From Tubiluchus corallicola (taxonomy: Eukaryota > Animalia > Priapulida), in contig JAQGDQ010000213.1 of the NCBI GenBank assembly GCA_030141605.1, positions 310,001 through 374,000 on the forward strand: DNA of 64,000 nt, in the 5' to 3' direction. Below the pieces are notes generated by a model. It was not told where the DNA came from. It made no database searches and was given only the letters and a program-made list of their open reading frames with translations. The position numbers were made by a program, and so were the translations under genes. Of the stretch, positions 51,988 to 64,000 are shown in pieces; position 1 is the stretch's first letter, and every line of letters starts with the position of its first letter.

Positions 51988-54900
51988 TACATATTAATTA
52001 CCCTTGAAGACAAATGCAGTTCATGGAACCACGTCAGTCTAAGTATGACCCCAATATCTGAATAATTTTTGTTCAACATATACGCGGAACATTCAAGAGC
52101 TTGAATGACACGAATGTGAAAATGGTTTGCGTATTTGTTAATAAAGGACAGGGCTGATATACACACTGCAGATTTTCACAAGTCATAAGTTGCATCTGAC
52201 TCAAGACTGATCATAAGAACTAATAACTAATCTTACTACCAAATATTATAGCTACTAAATCAAGAAATCAAAGTACTTAAAGTACCTATTTATTTATTTA
52301 TTACAGTGCCCTGTAACTAGTGGAAGCACCATTGACAATGATGGTGCACTGACCGTTATGAAAATATTGCTGCACAAAAAGTTGATCATTATATTCTCTG
52401 ATCAAACGTGGGTGTGGATACAACTTTAGCTACATTTATTAGGCACTTTATTAGTCAGTTACAAGGCGAAACCTCCCATTTTTGGTAATGACGGGCATAT
52501 TATCATTTTTAGGTTTCTGGGATGTTTTTATAATCTTGGAAAGTCACCATTGCTTCCTTGACCTTAAGAATTTAGGTGACCATGCAGTTTAGCCTTTTTA
52601 GACACTTTTTTGCTGAGTTATGGCAAAATCCCCTTTCTTTGGCAATGTCGAAATGTCTTAGCCATGTTCGGATGCACATCGTTACGGTGCTAAGTAAGCA
52701 GACGCTCCCAGCATGACGAAATGAAATCTCACAGAGACAGGGTCGAACCCAAGGTGACCAGAAGCTATTTACGCGAAGCACAGAAGATGAACTAACTTTT
52801 GTCATATCTTTTAGAAGTCTTTTAAAACGGGGAAGCCTAGGTATGATGTTAAGTGGGTAAAAATAAGGTACAGATCAAAAATGGCATAATGTATATCAGA
52901 GACGTTTGTGCTCGAGGACATTATATTCTCCTTGTATAATACGTCATAGTAAAGACTAAAAATACGTAAACAAAGTTTAACAAAGGCCCGCTCTTGGCAT
53001 TTTGCTAATAATTTAACAGTAAAATTAATTGAAAAAATTGTTTGCGTACTTTAAGTTAGGAAAATTGGAATTTAAGATTTTGAGGAAATGACTGACATGC
53101 AAATTGACACTTTTTACTGTGTAAAGCGTATATCGTAAATTTGTAAAATAATAATATTTCTTGGCTATAGTAATCTTAATAATGTGCTAAAAACGGAATC
53201 TAATTGCTGCAAATATTGTAATTGTTATTATGAAATACATTGCGCTCTTCCACTGAATGAATGGAAACCACAAAACAGCGCCGTTTATTTGTGTTGGACA
53301 CTATTACATCCCCGAGGTGAACAAGTCTTTGCTTTCCATTTTGCACTTAAATCCTTTGTTGATAAATGCTCAGTGCAAGTAGCAGCAGTTTTTATTAAAG
53401 CATTCTTATTTAACCATGCAAAGTCACGCTATGTAACATATCAACTAAAGAACAAATATTGTCTCCCGAGGAAGTTTCCTTTTAAGGTATGAGTCGAGTC
53501 TAGGGAGTCGTACTAATAAATTAAGTATCTAAGTGATCCCATAGAACAATAGAAATGAAAATAAATAACTAGGTCGTATATAATATTAGGTCAAAAATGT
53601 ATGGTATACGTATGGAAGTGGGTCCTAACGAACGAAACGACTAGATAAAATATGCTCATGTCAGAGATGGAAAATTTAAAAATGGAAACTAAAGAGTTTG
53701 GTAGCATTCATTTTTGCAATCGCTAACTACTTTTGTTAATAGCGCCGCTTAATTTTGCAATCACGCATTGTAAGATTTTTGTGCAGGTTGCGTACTTTGC
53801 TGTCTAAAAAAAGACTTGTAAACTGTTATTATTTTTGTGTTCAAAAATGGGCCGTTGACATTTTTGTCCCATAGAAGTTGTGAGATTATTAAATACAGTC
53901 TCACAACTTCTATACGTACCAAGAACTACTTTCCAAATATCCGTCGAGCTTTCTACATTGGCGTCCTTTTGCATTCTAAAAAACTGACGGGCAAGACCTA
54001 TAACACATACACCCACGCAATCAGTTATTGACACACATTTAAATATAGTTGGAGCAACTAACTCAAATTGGCTGTGTAAGTTTTTGTTTGATTCCGAGCA
54101 TAAAAACTAGTTATTGACTGTTGGGGTACCTGTTCTATAATAGCTCTCAAACAAAAACTCATATTGAAAATGATTAGAAACATCAGGTAAAGGACACGTG
54201 TTTTTTACTTGAGTGACCCGGATATAGATTTAAATTTATTTTATTCGTCGACATAATACAATGTATAATGCAAAATTTAACACAACTGTATTGAGACGGG
54301 GCGGGAAAAGCTGATGTAGGGTCACCTTGCAGGCACCACTAATTATAAGTTTTACTATTAGTTTAACTAATTAAGCGATGTGTGAGAGATTTATGTAATT
54401 TATATAATTAATCCAGCTATATAATGAAATCATCATATGTTTTAATAAATTAGTAACTTCAACGTTTAATTTGTTAGTATTTATATATTTATATAATATG
54501 TGACACACACCTAGATGATGTAACGTACAGTCGTACGCAAATAAATAACCAATGAAACTTACACAGTACAGTTGACATGATCGACTGTGCAAGTCACAAG
54601 AATTACACGACAAGAACAAAATCTCAATGACATTAGAAAAAAGAACTTTACATGGTAAAGTGCATACAGTCAACACATTTAGCACACATAACACATTTAA
54701 CTTGCTTGAACAGCTAACATGACAGCGAATATCCTTGGCAGTAAAATCATTGGCATCAATCCCTAATACCCACACATATAGCAAACATAAATAGCCAAAC
54801 ATAAATGGAATGAATAAACAGCAGATTCGGACTACATTTTGTAATAATTACTGTCGTTATCACCTGGTTTAGTACTTACTACTGATACATTGCTAAGCGC

Positions 54901-55657
54901 GTCTTACTCTGGTCTTTGTACACATGTAATATATAAAAATGTTTAGCGATCTAGTTATCGCGTACGCGTACATGTGTAATCATAGATTTTTGAGATGGAA
55001 AACGAGAATCCCATGGAGGTGCTATTCTGGCATGTTCACATGAGAATCCACGAGAATACGAAACACGTTGTGCATGTGCATGCGGACGAGACGAGAATTT
55101 CTCGTTATAAGCTTAGTGGCTGATATTTGAACGGCGGTCGGATGGATGGACAGACAGATAGATATTCCAAAATTTGGCTCCGACATCTTTTAAATAATAA
55201 CGGTTTGAGGTACCACAGTACCAATGTCTTCGCTATCTTAGATTTGGAAGCCACAGAAGGAGCAGTTTTAGAAGTTTTTCGACCGTTGCTAAGCAGCTGT
55301 TTTGAATACGGTAACTAAGTTTCTCACTGTACAACCAGTGCCCAGTTACCTGAGCTGTGCAAGTGTGGGAGGAACTGGATTGACGGCCTCCGAGAAATAA
55401 TTTGAACAGGCAGGCAGACTGTCAAATACATAGAGGGACAGACAGACAGATAAGGTCGACTAAGTTCGGCCTTCGAATCACAAACACGTGCAATCTCGCT
55501 GTTACTTAAAACCGGGGGAAATCATCACTAGCATCCGATTACTAAGCAAAGCCAATTTAATTAAAATCAAGTAAAAAGTAAATGGACAGAATAGTGCCAC
55601 GCCATCACTCATCAGAAGGAAACAAAAGATAAAGACTACGCTTTCTGACTTTTTTTA

Positions 55658-56170
55658 CCCACACCCTCCGTCCATCCCTCAAAGGATAATAGAGTTGTTA
55701 CGCAAAGTAATTTTTTCGTCTCACCACAATATAGTTTGGCATATTTTTAACGAAAACCGTCACATTAATTATCAATCGCCTATCGCCTTGTTAAATAAAA
55801 CAATTTGCGCGATACGGTGGTAGATGAATAGATCACAAATCGATCCAAAGGAATCGTCTGCATAGACATGGAATACTAACAACATAAAACCAAGATTGGT
55901 TTGTCACCTTTAACCTAAAGACGTAAACGATCATATTTTGCCGACACCCTCCACTCAGCCCTCAAATGACAATAGTGTTTTTACACGCAGCAATTTATTT
56001 CGTCTTACTACGACATACTTTGCACATTTTCCAATGAAAAATGTCACATTAATTTTTCAATCGTTCAACGTCTTATTAAGTAAAGCAAATTTGTGCAGCA
56101 CATAGGTAGAAGAATAACTTCGAAACTGTACCAAAGGGATGTACACTGAAGTGGAATACTAACAACGTAA
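55658..56170. repeat. Diverged tandem duplication, ~283-bp period
   Basis: acaccctcc...ccctcaaa...gtcacattaatt...ggtaga.gaata...tggaatactaacaac occurs at 55661-55883 and again at 55944-56165. Confidence 0.8.
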
Positions 56171-59100
56171 TCGTTTATGTGTTTAAAAGATTGTAATGTT
56201 TTCAATTTAATTTAATTTCAAGCTTATCTCAGGAAAAGCCGTAGAACAAAAACATTACAAGTGCACAAAGTGCAGAAAGAAACAACAGAATACACATTAT
56301 TTTCAATGAGTATAACTAAATGTTAATGATAATTATACATAATTATGTAAGTCCTCGCAACTCATTTTAAAATATGATTATTAACACAAAATGCTCTATC
56401 AGATTTTGTCTATCATGTAATTTCAACTCTTTACTTGTCAACACACCAGAAAAGTGTCATTCTATAAGTGGCTTGATACAGCACTTAGCCATACGCAAAC
56501 TAATGCTGATGGTTAAAGCATTCAACTAATTATGAAAAACAGTCCTCTAAATGATGGACTGACAGGGGTCTTTTGAACACATTTGGATAGATCAATAGCT
56601 AGCGCAGAATAATAGATGACACTGCACAAAAACAGTTCTCCGGCGGGCGCTAACCAATACAGGCAGACTTTGCATGCTACCAATACATATCATGACAACT
56701 CTATTTTCTCACCCCGTTGTGCTCATCCGGCGTCAGTGTTGCGCCACAGTGAACAACATCAATGCAAATCAGAATTGTAGCGTGGAAAGTGCAACTTAAA
56801 CTAAACCTGCTAGACTATCAAGTCAAAATTTAAATTCGTGGGCTGAATTTTTGCACTAAACAATTTGGACTAATTGTAATTTGATGAGGTATTTATTTTG
56901 AGTTGTGTGCGCGGTTGCAACGTGGCTGGCTATTTTTATAGACGGAAATTTTATAAACAAACCAGTGTAGTGAGGAATTTTAATGATTGCTAAAATATGC
57001 ACGTCTTCACGTCTTGTCTAAAAGGCACGTCCGAAAAATACAGCAAGTGGCTCATAATAAGATCGCTGTCAGATCGTTACTATGGTCAGAAACTTTTTAG
57101 GCCCTTCATTTACTTATATGAAATGCATTAACAAAGTAGCGCGCCATTGATATACGATGCGCATGCAAAAAAACACAGACTCGTGAATACCACAGCATTT
57201 CATCATGTCAAACAAAGTATATGAGACAACTTATCATGCCTGCTCGAGAACTCTGAATACTAAAACCTGTCGATGTAACAAGCCTACCGCATCAGATATA
57301 TTATAAGGAAGCAAAATTCCTCTTGTGACTGTAGTGAGGATAACAAAAACGGTTTACTGAAATAGGAAAATTCTGTGGAGTGATATGGAGTAGCAAATCA
57401 TTTTTAATTCTCATTACAAAGAAAACTCGCTTATGCATGCTGCGCCTTTTAGTGATTTTGGCGGTCTTTTCCTTTCGTATTTCTTAGTACCATAGTCTCC
57501 AAGTAAACAATAAGCTGAAGTGCTTCTCTGAGCCAACTTTTCAATAAAAGTTTCTAGCAAGTTGTTTGCTTCGCTTATCGACAACTTTTTTGAAGAATTT
57601 AAAGTTAGCTTGATCTAGCCTCTTACTTAATATATCTTTACTGAACCCAAACTAAACTAGCCTATTTTAATTTTATTTAACATAACCAAAAGAAATCTAA
57701 TATAACTCGATGCAAGCAAAACAAACCTAACCAACCCAACCAAGCTGCTTACTTTTAATTATTCACATTTCATCTAAGTAATGAAATTAGTTTGCTCGGG
57801 GCTCGGAGCTACCCGAGGCTCTGGTTTCTTGACTATTCTGTTAGGTACGCAGTAGGACACTTTGAACTTTATAGAGGGGAAGTAAAGCCGGTTAGATACA
57901 TACTCAGGGACTGGGCAGGAATAGTTTAAACTTGGCTGGGTAGACAAATAGAGCTGTTGTCTAAGCTTTTTGTAATTATCTGTTTAATAAATCAGTTTAG
58001 TTCCATTTTCACGTTAATACCTTGTTGGTTTGAGCACTGCTGTATCTTTGTTTTGCTGCATAGCTTTTACAGTGGTGGCATCGCAACAGTTACCAATAAC
58101 AGCCAATGACTTTTTTAAGTTATTCTTTAGAAGAGAGTATTTTGTTGGATTTCACTGCATTTACGTAAAAAAACTTAAGACCGTAAGACCTTACGTAGGA
58201 ACTTAAAAACCCATTTACAACAAGCGACATAAAAGTAGAACTAGGAACACACAGGACGTCAGAAATTATAACTTTGTTTACGCGCCACAGTAGGCGTGTA
58301 TGTGGCCACGTGGCTTTTGCTGAAGCCATTGTAACAGTCTAAGCTATTCGCAGTTCTTTCGAGCTTGGCTTCATGAAAAACTAACGGTGTTACAATCGCT
58401 CTGCGTAGTCGCTTACGTATAAGCAAGAGTAGGATTACAGAAAAAACGCGTGTCGAACAAACAATTTTTTGTTGGTCTTGCTTTCACTTTTCAGTAATTT
58501 AGCTAATTTTTAACTCAACTCTTTGACCACTCTGACAAATTGCTGTTTGACTTCGTATATCCAGTGCAAAATATTCTTTGCGGGGTTAAAGAATGGGCAT
58601 GCAGGTGTTTTTAAGTCCATCGCCATAACACGAAACCGAAGAAGTATGTAGAATAAATGATGAAGCTTTAACAAGTTTTACCATTACATGCTCTGCCAAA
58701 GCTAAGGTATATGAGAATACAAGTGTTATGAATGAATAAGTCAGATTGCGAACGGAACAGACCTTTCTTTGGGAACTTACTGCACGTGAGTAAACATTTG
58801 CTTAAATGCTTTCGCTGATTTGTTCTTAAATGATTATTTAGTTTTATAACTATTACTATAACTACTATTATAATAAGACGAATTGGGCTGAATTAGAAAA
58901 ATAAAGAACAGTTATTTTTCTAGCTTGCATTCTATCTTTATTGAATCTGTACACGTGTTTTTTAATTGTGTGATTGGGAATGTTGACACGGATGTCGGAT
59001 AACTTCACGATGAACAGTTTAAAACACATAAACACTCTTCATCAATGAAGCTTAAAAATCGTCTTGAAATTTTAGAACATTTAAATGCCTTCTTCTTGCA

Positions 59101-61139
59101 TACTGGGCTTGCGTTGGTAGTTCACTGTATTAAACTCATAATGTAACTGTAAATGCTCTAGTAACTCCCGCAAGACCGACAGGTGCAGTCATTTTAACGG
59201 AAAGTCTTTTGAAACAAGTTTAGATAACATTGCGCAAAGTTTGAAAAATAACCAGAACATTCGAAGCACATGCTTAGCTAACTAAGGAAGCGAGGCAACG
59301 CAGTTTTACCAGGTGGCACGAACATTTTAAATTATTAAGAATTTTCTTTTTCAATTATATATGTCTTTCAAACAGGTAAGCGTAATGCTAAGTAATATAA
59401 TTTTGTTTGGAAGGTTCTTCAGGATATACTTCAGTACATTTTGAGCGCCGCTTTAGCCAAACGTTTTTGTACGGCTCCAAACAGAATTTATTCTGGACGA
59501 ACTGATAAATTTGCGCTATTCCTCTATTTCCTACAAGTGTCATTTGTTCACTGATCATTGATGGAACCGCCTGAATTCATTTATCTAAAAAGCAGATTTG
59601 TCAAATTTTGTCAATGTGTAACGCGTTGTGTAATCTAAGACGGTGTGAGCAGGATGGTAGTGTTATTAATCTAACACGGTGAAACCTGCCAATGTTGTTG
59701 AATTCGTTCATGAATAGCGGTCGATTTTGCTGTGCAACTTTGTGGTATTGATTCAGTTACAGGATTTGTCAATTCACTAGTCTTACAAATTTTTGTTGTT
59801 ATACTTGACAGGTCGTTATCTGCAAACTTACTCAGCTATACAAATCGTTCGTAAGACTGGAATGATATAATTACTGATAATAATTATTTGTAAAAATTGT
59901 GGAAGTTCTGCATACACAGCTAAATGTGATTACTGCAGCCAGTGTATGATACAGATGTAAAGCGCGCCGTCTTCCTAGTTTTTTAAACACCGAAAACGAT
60001 TTTAAATGTCATCGCCATGGTTGGTGTTGGTGTTCTTGTCGTTATAGTTATCGCCGTCGTTCTTACTGTTGCTATAAAAATATTTTTTCAAGTAAACTAT
60101 CATTTTTTTATTACACTTAGAGAGCTTCATTGTGAAACAGCCATGCAGACGTTCTTTCCTGAAAACCGGAAATTTACAAAGATGGCGGCTAGACATTTAG
60201 CGTAAAAATATTACTTTCAGTACATCACGAAAATTGGCAATGCAAGATATAATAGAAATTTAAATCAGACAAATTAAGTAAGAAAATACAAACATAACTT
60301 TCAATTCATAACTCATTTCATATTCAAGTTCATAATTTACATTCATTTTTGTATTTTATATAATGAGTTCAGATAAGAACAGTTTAGTAATAAGTAAAGA
60401 TTAGTGATATCAAAACAAAAAATCTAGAAATTTACTTAAATATTCAAAGACGTGCTAAACTGTAGTCAAGAGCATTTAAACGCATGAAATAGTCCTAGTG
60501 GTTTGAAATTTCCAAAACAAATTCAAATCCACAAATTTTCTACAAACAATTTCTTGCGGACTTATGACTTCAAAAAGCCCCCAACGTTGAATTTGATAAT
60601 TAGCTAAATTCACAGCGTAATCTTAAAATTCTGATAAAATAATTACAGAAACAGTTATAATTAATGTTTATATATTGTTCATTCGTGTATTTTGTTTATT
60701 ATTTACGGTGTCATACGATAGCAATGCACATTAGCAGTTTCACCCCTGGTTCAGTTTCCAATCAAACGACGAATGCTTAGGCTGACGAGAATTCTGCCAC
60801 ATCTCTGACAGGGCTTTCAGATGCAGGAGACCTGTTATTCATTTTTTTGTTCAGTAGACGCCTCGCGTAACAGAGCTGAACTGCGTTTCAGAAACAATTC
60901 AATCAAAGATTCCAGCTTCCATTATTTCCATTACCAACTAATCTCTAATTATTTTCGATCATTCAGTTGCTAGAAAAGTACCAGCATTATCTTAACTCTG
61001 GATTTTAAAAATATGCAAAAACCAGGAAAATTTTCAGCTCACGGTTTCCACTTTCCTGAATATAAAAAACACTCCACAAAGTTCAATTAACAATTGATTA
61101 TATTATATTAAATATAAGCGCTTTCGGAAGCATTCTACG

Positions 61140-61768
61140 CTCACAAAATAACTAAAGTGACAATAACTACACAGTAATTTGTCTTGCGTAAATTTGTAAA
61201 ATGGTAAGCTTAGGCTGACATTTGTAGTTCTCTCTCATAAGCATAGTGTTAAGACAGGGTTTTAGTGATACACAGTAATATTCCTCAAGACTGGCAAAAG
61301 CATTCCTGACTGTGTTCATTACCGAGAAAGAACAGAAAAGTGTGTCTGCAGCACCACCCAACTGTAAATGGTTGCTGGCTGGCTTATAGAAATTGCTGTC
61401 CAGGCTATGAACCTTGTTACCTTTGCCAGACAAGAAGACATTGTCTCTATTGCATGCATGAATATAGATTATCAGGTCTTCTTCAGCACTATTTGCAGCG
61501 TGGTGGTACTATAGATACATCTTCTTATTTTTCTCAGTAATGAAGAAAGGTAAGAATGCTTTTGATATTGTCATTCTTGAGAAATGTTAGATCATTAAAG
61601 CTCTCTCTTAACACTATGCTTATGAGAGAGGACTACAGATATCAACTAACGCTTACCATTTTTAAATTTAAAATATGAAATAGAACTGGATTGAAATGAG
61701 TACTTCAACTAGAATTTCATAAGATAAACCACGTTGTAATTATTGTCACTTCAATTATTTTGTGAAAG
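61140..61768. mobile_element. ~630-bp foldback/MITE that is almost entirely palindromic
   Basis: Arms of ~240 bp or more; for example ctctctcataagcatagtgttaaga (61230) pairs with tcttaacactatgcttatgagagag (61606). Loop about 100 bp. Confidence 0.85.
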
Positions 61769-62091
61769 TTCTCAAATTTTAATATAATTTAATCAGCCTT
61801 TGATGGTACATACTACAGACTCGTATTATATCAGAACGAGCCGTCAAATTACGATTTAATTAGCGAGTACAGGTGATACGAAGTGGAATGCGTAGTTTCC
61901 CAACCAGCAACCTGGATAGTGGGACAACAGTTTACAGTTAGAACATACTGGCCCTTATGCAGTCTGAGCACTACTTATGAAAATTATGTTTGAAATGAAG
62001 TGTCAAATCAAAATCAAATCTGTATATCTGTCTAGTTGTCTCTGTATCTATCTATTTATCTGTATTTATCTACCTACGTACCTACCTAATT

Positions 62092-62132
<41 letters not shown>

Positions 62133-62142
62133 CTTCTTTCTC
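62092..62142. repeat. (CT)n microsatellite preceded by (TATC/TACC)n
   Basis: Direct observation. Confidence 0.9.
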
Positions 62143-64000
62143 TGTTTCTGTGTTTTGGCTTTACATGGTTATTTATTGCATGTAGCTTACGAAAACTTTC
62201 ACCTAGTCATAACGTACCCAAAGTCAATCTCAGGTTTTCTGGATTTGTTCGCACGAAGCCATGCAGATCGTAAACCGGCTTCGTGTTTTCGCAACAGCTG
62301 CGCGAATCACTTAGGCATACTAAAACAAATTGTGCGCGCCAAAGTGCTACTAACTGCTGCAAGATGCGGTGACAACTTGCGCGCTTAATAATGTTTATGA
62401 CGCCGCAAATTCTTCTAGAAGAATTTATTGTTAACAAGCTGCTGATATTATTAACGGATGGGATTTTTTTGGAAGAAAAATGAATGTCAGAGGGATACTA
62501 TGGCGTAAGGACGAAAAACCAGCTGCATTGAAACGATGTGGAAAAGAAGGCAGGGATAAGCTTAATGAGACGAACTAAAACTTGGTGTAGCTTTATCTTA
62601 AATTTTAAGTGATGATTGTTTCACTGGGATGTTGTCGTCGTATCATCATCAATAAGAAGAAACCATAAATAACAAACAAGGCAAAGAAACACGACATGGC
62701 AAGACATCTTCTTTCAAACGAGGACGCGATCATTTAATTATCTTCAATCTGGATGTTCAAATATCGTCGTTTTTGCGATCGATCCATCTGCATGGAATAA
62801 CTCCTTTTACTTCTACCCTGCATGTTGTAGTGCAAAATAAAAATGCATGCTTCACAGGAAGTTAGGCTGTTTTAATGTTCCTGAAAACTGTTAGAAAGAT
62901 TCGGCAATAAAAGTGTAATAAGTGTCTTGTGTAATTAGTAAAATCACTTTTGAAGCAGCGCTGAAAACATTGCTAATGTTAAACGACATCGTAGTTTTGT
63001 CAACAGCAACTTTTTGCACTACATGTGATGGATGAAAAGATATTAGTAAAGCGGTACGCGTGATGTCATTGGTATCTCGTGCTTCGCTCTTTTATTGTTG
63101 CAACACGGCCTTACTCTATTGTGCCCTTCAGATAATGCTTCTGACAAAGAGCGATCATGTTTACGCTTTCCAAATTGTAAGAACATGGTGGGTTCTTATG
63201 TGTGATCCGCGAGAAAGAGTTCGACGCCGAGGCAGCATGACAGAGTTTCTTTCCTGCATTGAAATTACAATATTTCATTTATCTGCACAAAAGCCATCAG
63301 CTGTGCAAGTCCAAACTAAAGCATGCTTGAGAAACTGCAGCTAAATATGGTTTTCATGCTGTTTGTCCTAATTATTACCTTTAATTAATGTGTATGTCTT
63401 AATCAAAAAAGTGGCTAGCAACTTACTTTCAGATTACTGATTTGATTTGCGGCCAGAAGTACCCCGCATACTATAATAATTGCACATACAACTGTTCAAC
63501 TAATAGAATACTGTACCGGTCGCATTTTCCAAACAGTCACAGCTTAATACGTAAACCTGATTGCCTTCTATCTTGATATATACCAACACTACTTTTGGTC
63601 GTCTGTGATGCGTTATTTTTTCATCGGGAGACTCCCGAATTTAATAGTAACCGCTCTTTCTTCACATTTTGAAATGTTTCTTGAAATATATATGTAAACC
63701 AAATGCGATCACAGTGAGATGGAACAACACCCTCTCACCCATTTGCCCGAAAGACAACCCGAAAAGAACCGTTCGGCAACGCAAGTACGTAGAATAGAGA
63801 AGCGGGATTGCATTATGTAACTTACACAAAGCTTAAATAAGCCAGAGATACCAGTGACGTCACGCTAAAACTAATACAGCATATTTTTGTCTGTATAAAG
63901 CTTTCGTCAGTTTTTAAATTCAACATGGTTACCAGCAATGCCTACATTTTGACACCCAATCATGTTTTGCTTCGGTTCTGCTTTAAAGTCGCGAGTATCT

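Noticed and set aside
62480-62655. RTE-like LINE 3' relic (and LINE-tail-like patches at ~54230 and ~60250-60700)
   Set aside because: Only vague motif resemblance, with no translatable diagnostic segment.
63855-63862. CRE palindrome TGACGTCA as the promoter of a downstream gene
   Set aside because: The 8-mer also occurs elsewhere (e.g. ~877, ~45679), and no associated gene is visible in the window.

Overview
AT-rich (my estimate ~35% GC) eukaryotic genomic DNA, most likely from an invertebrate animal; the taxon cannot be fixed from this window. It holds three protein-coding genes. (1) A full-length PLD1/2-type phospholipase D (minus strand, PX-PH-HKD-loop-HKD) whose whole ~3.15 kb CDS is one exon. 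(2) Head-to-head with it, a secreted KynB/isatin-hydrolase-type 'cyclase' family metallohydrolase, also with an intronless CDS. (3) A 16-coding-exon, ~1409-aa type I membrane protein that I reconstructed by hand from splice sites: signal peptide - 24 EGF - 3 WAP/four-disulfide-core - 1 Ig (Fasciclin-3-like) - TM - tail with ITIM-like and YxN motifs. I do not recognise this architecture from any named family, and it is the best candidate for something undescribed. The rest is repeat-rich: a frameshifted CR1/L2-group LINE with a PHD finger, LINE fragments, a tRNA-derived SINE, two Helitron copies, hAT and foldback MITEs, a Helentron-like element and long microsatellites. Smaller oddities include an exact 39-bp copy of PLD coding sequence in the PLD/cyclase intergenic region, a cluster of tiny uORFs in the cyclase leader, and a 444-bp higher-order periodicity in the giant EGF exon. 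All gene models are unverified predictions made without transcript data.
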